54,459 bases of DNA from Acidobacteriota bacterium (GTDB lineage: Bacteria > Acidobacteriota > Terriglobia > 2-12-FULL-54-10). Position 1 is the first letter of the stretch, and every line of letters starts with the position of its first letter. Position numbers and translations under genes: made by a program. The stretch is from contig JADFGZ010000001.1 in assembly GCA_022567475.1 (NCBI GenBank), positions 1 to 54,459 on the forward strand, written 5' to 3'. Below the pieces are notes generated by a model. That model saw only the letters and a list, made by a program, of their open reading frames with translations, did not search any database and was not told the DNA's origin. This document shows, in pieces, positions 47,176-54,459 of this stretch.

Positions 47176-48003
47176 GTGGCCCACCCGCAGATTGCGGCCT
47201 TCACCAGGCTGGCGAAGGAAAATGAAGCGCCCACGAGGCTGATAGCCGGACAAAAAACTCTGCTGGCCCGCACGATGCACGACATCCGCTACAACGCGAT
47301 CCATGATGAGTTCGTGGTGAACAATCCCTTTGCCCAGGCGATCCTGGTGTTCCGGGGAGGAGCGGATGGGGAGGAAGCGCCGATTCGGGTCATCCAGGGT
47401 CCCAGCACGCAGTTGAGCGGGTCAAGCCGGCTGGAAGTGGATGCTGTGAACGACGAAATCATCGTTCCCGGGGGAGATAGGATTTTGGTTTATCCCAGGG
47501 AGGGGAATGGCGATGTGGCTCCCATTCGAGTGCTCCGTGGTCCCGATACCCAGTTGAGGGGCGCCCAGGCGGTTGCCGTCGATGCAGTCCGCAACTTGCT
47601 TGTGGTAGCGGTCGGCAATCAGCGACGGAGGGGCGAAGGGCCCACGGGGTCTCTGTTGATATTCAACCGTACGGACAGCGGAAACGTCAAGCCGCGTGCT
47701 GTGATCACGGGTCCGAAGACGGGCATCATCCGGTTCAACCAGATTCGCGTTTACCCGCCGAAAGGCTGGATCATCGCGACTCAACCGGGACCCCGTGACG
47801 ATCAGGAGCCGGAAGGCACTTTCGTTGGTGTTTGGAGCATCAACGACAACGGAGACGTTCCGCCCCGCTGGAAGATTGGAGGACCAAAGAGCACGCTGAA
47901 GAAGCCCCGTGGAGTGGCTCTTGACCCCAAGAATAAAGAACTCATTGTTGCGGACATGAGGTTGAACTCCGTGCTGATCTACTATTTCCCGGAAATATTT
48001 TAG
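47176..48003 (+). CDS. Beta-propeller repeat protein, C-terminal part (5 repeats of the same family); same frame as and contiguous with 45790-47175
   Basis: Starts (as GTG) at the codon directly after the TGA, with no obvious Shine-Dalgarno. Repeats 'GEEAPIRVIQGPSTQL', 'GDVAPIRVLRGPDTQL', 'GNVKPRAVITGPKTGI', 'GDVPPRWKIGGPKSTL' continue the upstream series. Confidence 0.7.
   Translation: MAHPQIAAFTRLAKENEAPTRLIAGQKTLLARTMHDIRYNAIHDEFVVNNPFAQAILVFRGGADGEEAPIRVIQGPSTQLSGSSRLEVDAVNDEIIVPGGDRILVYPREGNGDVAPIRVLRGPDTQLRGAQAVAVDAVRNLLVVAVGNQRRRGEGPTGSLLIFNRTDSGNVKPRAVITGPKTGIIRFNQIRVYPPKGWIIATQPGPRDDQEPEGTFVGVWSINDNGDVPPRWKIGGPKSTLKKPRGVALDPKNKELIVADMRLNSVLIYYFPEIF
47185..47217 (+). promoter_or_regulatory. 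Two stem-loops 10-45 nt downstream of the in-frame UGA (SECIS-like/recoding candidate), copy 1
   Basis: Hairpin 1: CCGC-AGAUU-GCGG (47185-47197). Hairpin 2: CUUCACC-AGGCU-GGCGAAG (47199-47217), a 7-position stem with one A/C mismatch. The G-containing apical loop starts 31 nt after the UGA. Folded by eye only. Confidence 0.4.
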
Positions 48004-48093
48004 CCCCCTTGTTTCTGAGGAAGGGAAGAATGATTGAAGTCGTAAATGGTTGGATTGGATGATATCCATCTGGCTGGGCAAGAAGGAGGAGTT

Positions 48094-48484
48094 ATGAAAG
48101 CGTTACCATCCTTTCGAGGGGCGGTGTTTCGCTTGGCCACTGCATTTTGGATTCGTGTCTTTTTTGTGATGCCCACACTCACGTTGGAAGCCCAAAGCGG
48201 ACATCCCCTATTGGGAGGGGCCAGGGGGCTGGTGCGGACTGCCTCAGGCGCCCATCTGCAAGGACCTCTACAAGCGCCCCACGCTGATGTCGGGAAAACC
48301 GGTGAATGATGAAACCGTGGCTGAGAAGATTAGAAATGGCGGGCCGCTCATGCCCGGCTACCGTTACACATTGAGTGACCAAGACATGGCCGATTTACTG
48401 AGTTACCTCCGTGAAGGAGGATGCTGTTGGGAAGACAAAGAAGAGCATGATCCACCCCCGAATCCCCGATACAAAGCGCGGTAA
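48094..48484 (+). pseudogene. Small c-type-cytochrome-like relic (frameshifted, no CxxCH)
   Basis: The signal-like N-terminus 'MKALPSFRGAVFRLATAFWIRVFFVMPTLTLEAQ' is in one frame (from 48094). A class I cytochrome c C-terminal half 'KIRNGGPLMPGYRYTLSDQDMADLLSYLR' is in the +1 frame (to 48484). No CxxCH occurs in any forward frame across 48094-48300. Confidence 0.4.
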
Positions 48485-48528
48485 AACAGGACTGGCCGAG
48501 AGAAAACGTTTGAAGGGAGAAAAAGGAA

Positions 48529-50292
48529 ATGGAGATGGCTAAAAAAATTGCCAGGACTATCCGTATGGGGGCGTTTTGTTGGTTGCTGTCGATCAGTGTT
48601 TCCTACGCGCAACAAGCCTTGGTGGTTCGCGGAGGAACTTTGATAGACGGAAACGGCGGGGCTCCGTTGGAGAACGTGGACATTCTGATCGAGGGGGATC
48701 GGATCAGCGAAATCCGCATTGGCGGATTCAGCCGTGTCCCTCCCAACGCGGAGATCATTGACGCCCGTGGCAAGTTCATCCTGCCGGGCCTGCAAGATTT
48801 TCATCTGCATTACCGGGGTTGGATGCCTCCCTTGTTTATCAATCACGGCATCACCACCATCCATGACATTGGGAATAGCCCTCCGCAGTGGATCCTGGCT
48901 CAGCGCGAGATGCTCCAACAAGAAAGAATTGTAGGGCCCCGACTCTATGCGGCTGTCCTCAATTTATACGGGAGGCCCCGAAGGGATGTTGCCATTGAGA
49001 GCAGACTCCCGGATATGATTTTTTTCGAAACGGTGGCAGAAGCCAGGTCTTGGGCGGAAAAAGCCGTGGAGTTGAAAGCCGACTACATCAAAGTTCACGA
49101 TGGATTTACAGGCGAGATGTTATTAGCCGTGGCGCAAGTGGCCAAACAGCATGGTCTGCCCATTGTGGGGCATGTTGCCCCCGTGCTCGACGCCTTTCAA
49201 GCGGCGGAACTTGGTCAAAATGAATTTGAACACAGTACAGGGGTCGGCCGGGCCATTACACTGGATTTGGATGAGTTGCGCAGCTTGAGGAAGGAATGGG
49301 AGGAGGCTCTGATAGGAAGAGCGCGAACCGTTTTCGAGGCTTTGGCGGTGGATTTTTACAGCGTGGATCCAGTCAAGGAAGAACGGCTCATTCACGTTCT
49401 GGTTGAGAAAGGTATTTTTCTCGAAGCGGATTGGGTGACCCCTTCCCGGAACATCACCCCCCGAAAAAAAGAGTGGGCGTTTCAGGACCTGGTGTTTTTT
49501 TCCAACCCGGAGCTGTCCTTTGTCCCCTTGGGTGACCGGCTTCGCTGGCTGGATTATTCTCCTTGGGAACATTTTTCTGAGGATTTGAAAGCCAAGTTGA
49601 TTCGCAGTTTGGCGAACTGGAAAAATTTCATCGTCAAATTTTCCGCAGCGGGCGGCAAGGTAATCGTAGGGACCGCTTCGCCCAACGCCATCCCTGGAAT
49701 CAGTGTTCACAGGGATATGCAGTTGCTGGTGGATGCGGGACTGCCTCCGATGAAAGCGCTTCAGGCGGCCACCCGGAATATTGCCGAGTTGGCGGGACTG
49801 TTGGATGACCTGGGAACCGTCGAGGCAGGGAAATATGCAGACCTGTTAATCATTGACGGAAATCCGTTGGAAGATATTTCCAACACTCAGAAAATAGCCC
49901 ACGTCATCAAGGGCGGAAAAAAAATTGACCGGCGATATTCTGCCGATTTCAGAAATCCGATTCCCACGCCCGTGATGGTCGATGAAGGCGGCCATAACAA
50001 TCCAAAGCCGGCCATTACCGGGATGGACCCGGCCGTTTTCACTCAGGGCGATCCAGAAACAGTCGCCGAGATCAGGGGGAGAGGGTTCACGATAGGTTCT
50101 GTTGCCTACGTCAATCATCATGCCGTCCGGACGAAATTCAAAAGCCCGGAACTGCTGGAAGTGGTGCTGTCTTCAACCCTCTTATCACAGGTGGGAACCT
50201 ATCCTGTTCAGGTGATTAATCCGCATCCGTTGCCCCCGCTGGAAAATGCAGGGGATTCAAATAAATTGATGGTCATCGTTAAATTCCGATAG
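48529..50292 (+). CDS. Secreted metal-dependent amidohydrolase with C-terminal IPT/TIG-like domain
   Basis: Signal-like 'MGAFCWLLSISVSYAQQ'. 'VVRGGTLIDGNGG', 'LPGLQDFHLH' (HxH metal motif), 'AATRNIAELAGL', 'GTVEAGKYADLLIIDGNPLEDI'. The last ~100 aa resemble an Ig-like IPT domain ('ITGMDPAVFTQGDPETVAEIRGRGF...GTYPVQVINP'). Confidence 0.8.
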   Translation: MEMAKKIARTIRMGAFCWLLSISVSYAQQALVVRGGTLIDGNGGAPLENVDILIEGDRISEIRIGGFSRVPPNAEIIDARGKFILPGLQDFHLHYRGWMPPLFINHGITTIHDIGNSPPQWILAQREMLQQERIVGPRLYAAVLNLYGRPRRDVAIESRLPDMIFFETVAEARSWAEKAVELKADYIKVHDGFTGEMLLAVAQVAKQHGLPIVGHVAPVLDAFQAAELGQNEFEHSTGVGRAITLDLDELRSLRKEWEEALIGRARTVFEALAVDFYSVDPVKEERLIHVLVEKGIFLEADWVTPSRNITPRKKEWAFQDLVFFSNPELSFVPLGDRLRWLDYSPWEHFSEDLKAKLIRSLANWKNFIVKFSAAGGKVIVGTASPNAIPGISVHRDMQLLVDAGLPPMKALQAATRNIAELAGLLDDLGTVEAGKYADLLIIDGNPLEDISNTQKIAHVIKGGKKIDRRYSADFRNPIPTPVMVDEGGHNNPKPAITGMDPAVFTQGDPETVAEIRGRGFTIGSVAYVNHHAVRTKFKSPELLEVVLSSTLLSQVGTYPVQVINPHPLPPLENAGDSNKLMVIVKFR

Positions 50293-50387
50293 GTTTCGAT
50301 CTGATGAGTCGGCAGCAAAGTTCCTTCAAAAAGCGCTAGGCGGCTGATGAGGGTTTTTCATTCCGATCAGGATGGAAAGAGGTCTCT

Positions 50388-51725
50388 ATGCACCGGAGAA
50401 TTTATTTGCGGCCAAGGGTCGCCGTAGTCGTGTTGATGGGCTGGTTGGGCGTCTTCGCCGTTTGGGTGCTCCTCGCCGGGCAGGCGAAACAGCAAGGGTT
50501 CAGCAACGCATCCGAGGCCGCTTTGCGAAGACCCACGGGTTCTCCCCAACTGGTCTCCGTCGAGCCGTTGCCGGTGGCGGACGGACAGATGTGCCAGTGG
50601 GTTCCCGCCAGCGCCAGCACAACCCTGGTGGCTGCGCTTCGGCAGGAGCAACCGGCGGCTGGCGCGGCGTCGTCCGTGGATGCCGACCGAGCCCCTCTGC
50701 GGATCATCCGGGATACCTATCCGACCTACAGCGCCATCGCAGTCGACACCAATACGGATGAGGTCTATCTGCAGGACGAGAATCTGTTTGGCTACAAGGT
50801 CTTCAATCGCCTGGACAATACCCCGCCCAACGCTAGCTTTACTGAACCCAAGCGTATGGTGGGGGGAATCAAGACCAAGCTGGAATTCAATTGCGGCCTG
50901 TACGTGGACCCGAAGACGGGAGACGTTTATTCGGTCAACAACGACACGGTGGACACGATGGTCGTCTTTCCTCGCGACGCCAGGGGGAATGTATTGCCCA
51001 AGCGAGAGCTAAAAACCCCGCACAGGACCTGGGGTATTGCGGTGGATGAGGAGGCCCAAGAGCTTTTTCTCACGGTCGAGGAGCCTCCCCAAGTGGTGGT
51101 CTATCACAAGATGGCTCAGGGAGACGATCAGCCCATCCGCGTCCTGGAGGGGAACCGCACGGAGCTTGAGGATGCCCACGGCATTGCCATTGACACGAAG
51201 AACAATTGGATGTTTGTCAGCAACCACGGCAGTGTCAACGACGGCGGGATTGCCGGTTCCGGCAGGTTTGAACCTCCCTCGATCACGGTCTATCCGCTGA
51301 GGGCGAGCGGGAACACTCCTCCGCTGCGTGTCATCGAAGGTCCCAATACGCGGTTAAACTGGCCGGCAGCGATGTCGCTGGATCAGGAGAACGGGGAACT
51401 CTACTTGGCGAACGATGCCGAGGACTCCATCCTGGTCTTCGGCACGACCGATAGCGGCAACGTGGCCCCCCGGAGAGTCATCAAAGGCCCCAAGACGGGC
51501 ATCAAGAACCCCACAGGCATCTTTCTCGACTCGAAAAACGATGAGGTGTGGGTCTCCAATATGGGTAACCACACGGCTACTGTCTATCGGCGGACGGCGA
51601 GCGGCAACGTCGCGCCGTTGCGCACCATCCGCAGCGCGCCGCTGGGCAAGCGGGCCTTGGCGATTGGGAATCCGGGGGCCGTGGGCTATGACAGCAAACG
51701 GGAAGAGATACTGGTGCCGAACTGA
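50388..51725 (+). CDS. Paralogue of 45790-47175: membrane-anchored beta-propeller protein, N-terminal part, ending at in-frame TGA
   Basis: Collinear with copy 1 (same TM anchor, 'CQW' and 'LEFNCGLYVDP' cysteines, same seven repeats) with a short deletion relative to copy 1. TGA at 51723-51725. Confidence 0.75.
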   Translation: MHRRIYLRPRVAVVVLMGWLGVFAVWVLLAGQAKQQGFSNASEAALRRPTGSPQLVSVEPLPVADGQMCQWVPASASTTLVAALRQEQPAAGAASSVDADRAPLRIIRDTYPTYSAIAVDTNTDEVYLQDENLFGYKVFNRLDNTPPNASFTEPKRMVGGIKTKLEFNCGLYVDPKTGDVYSVNNDTVDTMVVFPRDARGNVLPKRELKTPHRTWGIAVDEEAQELFLTVEEPPQVVVYHKMAQGDDQPIRVLEGNRTELEDAHGIAIDTKNNWMFVSNHGSVNDGGIAGSGRFEPPSITVYPLRASGNTPPLRVIEGPNTRLNWPAAMSLDQENGELYLANDAEDSILVFGTTDSGNVAPRRVIKGPKTGIKNPTGIFLDSKNDEVWVSNMGNHTATVYRRTASGNVAPLRTIRSAPLGKRALAIGNPGAVGYDSKREEILVPN

Positions 51726-52550
51726 GTGGCCCACCCGCAGATTGCGGTCTTCGCCAGGCTGGCGAAGGAGAATTCAGCGCCCACAAGGCTGATTGCGGGA
51801 CAAAAGACGCTGCTCGCCCGCACTATGCACGACATCCGCTATGACGCGATCCATGATGAATTCTTGGTGAACAATCCTTTTGCCCAGGCGGTCCTGGTGT
51901 TCCGGGGAGGAGCCGACGGCGAGGAAGCGCCAATCCGGGTGATCCAGGGTCCCCGCACGCAGTTGGGGTTTTCCGGGCGGCTGGACGTGGATGCGGTGAA
52001 TAACGAAATTTTCGTTCCCGGAGGAGACCGGATTTTAGTCTATCCGCGCGAGGGAAATGGCGATGTGGCTCCCCTCCGCGTGATCCGCGGGCCGGACACG
52101 CTCTTGCGCAGCGCCGGAGCGCTCGCTGTCGATCCTGTCAATCATTTGCTTGTGGTAGGCACCAACAGGGGGTTTGCGAGGGGAGAAGGGAATGGGTCGC
52201 TGTTGATCTACAACCGCACGGACAACGGAAACGTCAAGCCGCGCGGTGTGATCGAAGGCCCCCAGTCGGGCATCATACGGATCAACCAACTCCAAGTGTA
52301 TCCACCCAAGGGCTGGATCGTGGCGAGCCAGCCCGGTGTGGGCTACGAGCAGGAGCCGGAAGGCGCTTTCATCGGCGTGTGGAGCGTGAACGATAATGGC
52401 GACGTGCCGCCGCGCTGGGTGATCGGAGGACCGGAAAGCACCTTGAAAAAACCGCGCGGGGTAGCTTTAAACCCCAAGAATAAAGAGATCATTGTTGCCG
52501 ACATGCGGCTCAACGCCGTGCTGACGTACTATTTTCCGGAAATTTTTTAG
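51726..52550 (+). CDS. Paralogue of 47176-48003: beta-propeller C-terminal part, contiguous and in frame with 50388-51725
   Basis: 274 codons collinear with copy 1. Same first residues 'VAHPQIA.F.RLAKEN.APTRLIAGQKTLLARTMHDIRY' and same C-terminus 'YYFPEIF'. Confidence 0.7.
   Translation: MAHPQIAVFARLAKENSAPTRLIAGQKTLLARTMHDIRYDAIHDEFLVNNPFAQAVLVFRGGADGEEAPIRVIQGPRTQLGFSGRLDVDAVNNEIFVPGGDRILVYPREGNGDVAPLRVIRGPDTLLRSAGALAVDPVNHLLVVGTNRGFARGEGNGSLLIYNRTDNGNVKPRGVIEGPQSGIIRINQLQVYPPKGWIVASQPGVGYEQEPEGAFIGVWSVNDNGDVPPRWVIGGPESTLKKPRGVALNPKNKEIIVADMRLNAVLTYYFPEIF
51735..51767 (+). promoter_or_regulatory. Stem-loops downstream of the in-frame UGA (SECIS-like/recoding candidate), copy 2
   Basis: Hairpin 1: CCGC-AGAUU-GCGG (51735-51747). 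Hairpin 2: CUUCGCC-AGGCU-GGCGAAG (51749-51767), a perfect 7-bp stem with a 5-nt loop containing GG. Confidence 0.45.
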
Positions 52551-52593
52551 TTCCGCTTTCTTTCCTGCGGTTAGGGGGAAGCAGGGGAAGCAA

Positions 52594-52701
52594 ATGATCC
52601 GAAAATTCAGCAGCACGATTGGCGCCTTGCTGTTCTGTGCGCTGACGTCGATGAGCGTCTCTTATGCGCAACAGATGTTGGTCGTTCACGGAGGGACCCT
52701 T
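52594..52701 (+). pseudogene. 5' remnant (about 36 codons) of an amidohydrolase gene like 48529-50292
   Basis: 'MIRKFSSTIGALLFCALTSMSVSYAQQMLVVHGGTL' parallels 'MGAFCWLLSISVSYAQQALVVRGGTL' of the intact copy. Similarity stops at about 52702 and the frame runs into unrelated A/T-richer sequence with a stop at 52774. Confidence 0.6.
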
Positions 52702-52853
52702 AGGGATGCACTAGCGACACTAGATTGCGGAAGCACCATTTTCACTCCCCCTTTGCTAGTCCATTCCAAGCCGTGATCCCAATTTGCCTGCCGGACCAAT
52801 TTTCGGATGCAGGTCCGTCAGACTTAGCTGGTCAAACTAAGACGCAACGCCTT

Positions 52854-54459
52854 CTACTCACTGGGGAAATTGACAATGAAGTATGCCGCGTTGGAGGGGC
52901 TCCCCCCGGAGCCGGGATTCACGGCCGTCACCGCGTAAGTACCCACGTTTCGCAAGAGCGCAGCATCCACCGTTGCCGTCAAGAGGGAATTGCTGACGAA
53001 CGTTGTCGGCAGGTCGGTCGTGTCAAAGCGGATGAAAGACCGCGGGTTAAATCTCTTCCCGGTTACCTGAACGGTCACTGCTGTATCGCCGGCCCGCGCT
53101 ATTCCTGGTGTGATGCGTGAGATTTCCGGCCCCAGATATTCGAGCGGAGTATTTGCATAGGTCGTGCGCGGCAAGGGGTTGCGGAAATTCGGGTCCAAAC
53201 GAGTGTCTAAGACCTTGCCGTCGAGGATCACCGTGCGAATATTCTGAGTGACGCGGATGTCCGCCAACGGATCCCCTTCAATGATAATCAGGTCGGCGAG
53301 CTTTCCGGGCTCCACAGTCCCCAGATCGTTCTCCTGACGCATAAACTCCGCCGACCACTTTGTAGAAGCCAGAATCGCCTGCATCGGAGTCAGGCCCGCA
53401 TTCACCAGGGCCTCCATCTCGACATGCATCGCTAAGCCGGCAATGTTGGTCGCGCTGGACCTGGCGCCGGTGTCCGGACCGGTGAGCACCTTGCCGCCCG
53501 CCTGGACAAACCTCCGGATAAATTCCCGAATCTTTCGGAGAGATTCCGTGCTTTGTTGTATGTCTTCTCCCGTGTCGGCGGCCTTTACCGCATTCAGCCA
53601 GTGCTCGCGTCGGGCCTCAGTAATGAACCGTGCGGAAGGGTCTTCTAATAATTTCACCACCACGTCGTACCACTCGCGGCTCTCTGGCCGGGGCCGGGTC
53701 AGGGTGGGATTGAAATAGACTCCATTTTTTACCATCAGGTCAATGAGAGGGCCGAACAACGTCGTGTCCATCTCCGCCTGCGAGTCCGGGAGTCTTCCTT
53801 CTTCCATAGCCTGAATCTTTGCCGGGTCTCCCAGCGTGGAGTGGACAACCGTCCGCGCGTGCTCAATGAACTTCATGCCAGCCAGTGTGGCTTCCCGCGC
53901 ATCCACCGCGTGGCCGACCACCTCCAACCCGGCTTTGTGTGCTTCCTCAACCACGGCTTTCAGGGATTCGGTGCTTAGGCCTTCGTAAACCTTGATCCCA
54001 TCCACGCCCTGCTGGATCAGCTTCCGGGTGGCCAACCGTGCTTCCTCTACATTCCGTGTATGGATCCGATAGGCTGCCCGCGCCGCGAAAGTAATCGGAT
54101 TGCTGCGTTCCGGCGGTCCATCAATGATCGCTCCAGTCACGAACAGGCGGGGACCTTTAATCTTTCCTCTTTGCAATGCCTCGCGCTGAGCCAGAATCCA
54201 GTCTGTGGGATTAGCCGTATCGAAGATCGTCGTCACACCATAGTGCAGGAAAAGCGGGGGCATGTAGGCCGAAATATGGACGTGGGCATCGATGAGTCCA
54301 GGGAGCACAGTTTTTCCTTCCGCCCGGATCACTCGCGCCCCGGCGGGATAAGATACATTTCCCTTGGTTCCAACCGCTTTGATCCGGGAGCCCTCAATCA
54401 CAATGACCGAATCTTGGATGGGGTCACGACCGGTTCCATCAATTAGGGTCCCTCCCTCG
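52854..54459 (-). CDS. Metal-dependent amidohydrolase with C-terminal IPT/TIG-like domain (5' end beyond window)
   Basis: 'LPGLIDAHVHISAY' (HxH), 'VVGHAVD', 'GTVEPGKLADLIIIEGDPLADI'. C-terminal 'ISRITPGIARAGDTAVTVQVTGKRF...GTYAVTAVNPG'. The reading frame stays open to the window edge (reverse complement of the edge reads '...RGGTLIDGTGRDPIQDSVIVIEGSRI'). Confidence 0.8.
   Translation of the reverse strand, partial: EGGTLIDGTGRDPIQDSVIVIEGSRIKAVGTKGNVSYPAGARVIRAEGKTVLPGLIDAHVHISAYMPPLFLHYGVTTIFDTANPTDWILAQREALQRGKIKGPRLFVTGAIIDGPPERSNPITFAARAAYRIHTRNVEEARLATRKLIQQGVDGIKVYEGLSTESLKAVVEEAHKAGLEVVGHAVDAREATLAGMKFIEHARTVVHSTLGDPAKIQAMEEGRLPDSQAEMDTTLFGPLIDLMVKNGVYFNPTLTRPRPESREWYDVVVKLLEDPSARFITEARREHWLNAVKAADTGEDIQQSTESLRKIREFIRRFVQAGGKVLTGPDTGARSSATNIAGLAMHVEMEALVNAGLTPMQAILASTKWSAEFMRQENDLGTVEPGKLADLIIIEGDPLADIRVTQNIRTVILDGKVLDTRLDPNFRNPLPRTTYANTPLEYLGPEISRITPGIARAGDTAVTVQVTGKRFNPRSFIRFDTTDLPTTFVSNSLLTATVDAALLRNVGTYAVTAVNPGSGGSPSNAAYFIVNFPSE

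Noticed and set aside
48287-48484. Calling the 65-aa cytochrome-like ORF a functional stand-alone gene.
   Set aside because: It lacks a signal peptide and any CxxCH haem-binding site, so it cannot be a functional c-type cytochrome as it stands.

Overview
GC-rich bacterial chromosomal segment. Several families seen here (a TIGR03437-like 'Solibacter C-terminal' domain on a giant NHL-repeat protein, DUF4384 modules, Npt1/TLC-HEAT transporters) point to Acidobacteriota; this is an inference from memory of those families, not a search. Gene order: SnoaL-like protein, exported alpha/beta hydrolase, dihaem cytochrome c, GldA/GldF-GldG-like ABC exporter plus DUF4340, Ser/Thr-kinase/cyclase/DUF4384 pair, 1534-aa NHL/BACON-like surface protein, NucS-like nuclease-motif protein, YtxH/DUF948 pair, DUF2064, O-methyltransferase, and ferredoxin-IscS. 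Next comes a 5-gene minus-strand operon (Omp85-like barrel, two signal-peptide-bearing kinase-fold paralogues, purple-acid-phosphatase-like esterase, LOG-family protein) divergent from an Npt1/TLC nucleotide-transporter homologue. After that: HtrA, a membrane Ser/Thr kinase co-oriented with an Npt1-HEAT protein, and a complete mrpABCDEFG antiporter operon. The last ~9.5 kb is accessory-looking. It holds a decayed A/T-richer zone with a truncated tRNA-Val, then a twice-repeated module of beta-propeller ORF pairs with amidohydrolases. The most interesting signal is in that module. In both propeller copies the two ORFs are in the same frame, separated only by TGA, and the stop sits in register in the middle of a propeller blade. 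It lies in a 34-nt stretch identical between the otherwise diverged copies and is followed by conserved stem-loops. This suggests a selenocysteine or other recoding site rather than two genes. The second candidate is the exported kinase-fold/phosphatase/LOG operon beside a nucleotide transporter. No CRISPR array, rRNA, intact tRNA, transposase or integrase was seen. All family names come from motif recognition by eye. No searches or folding calculations were run.
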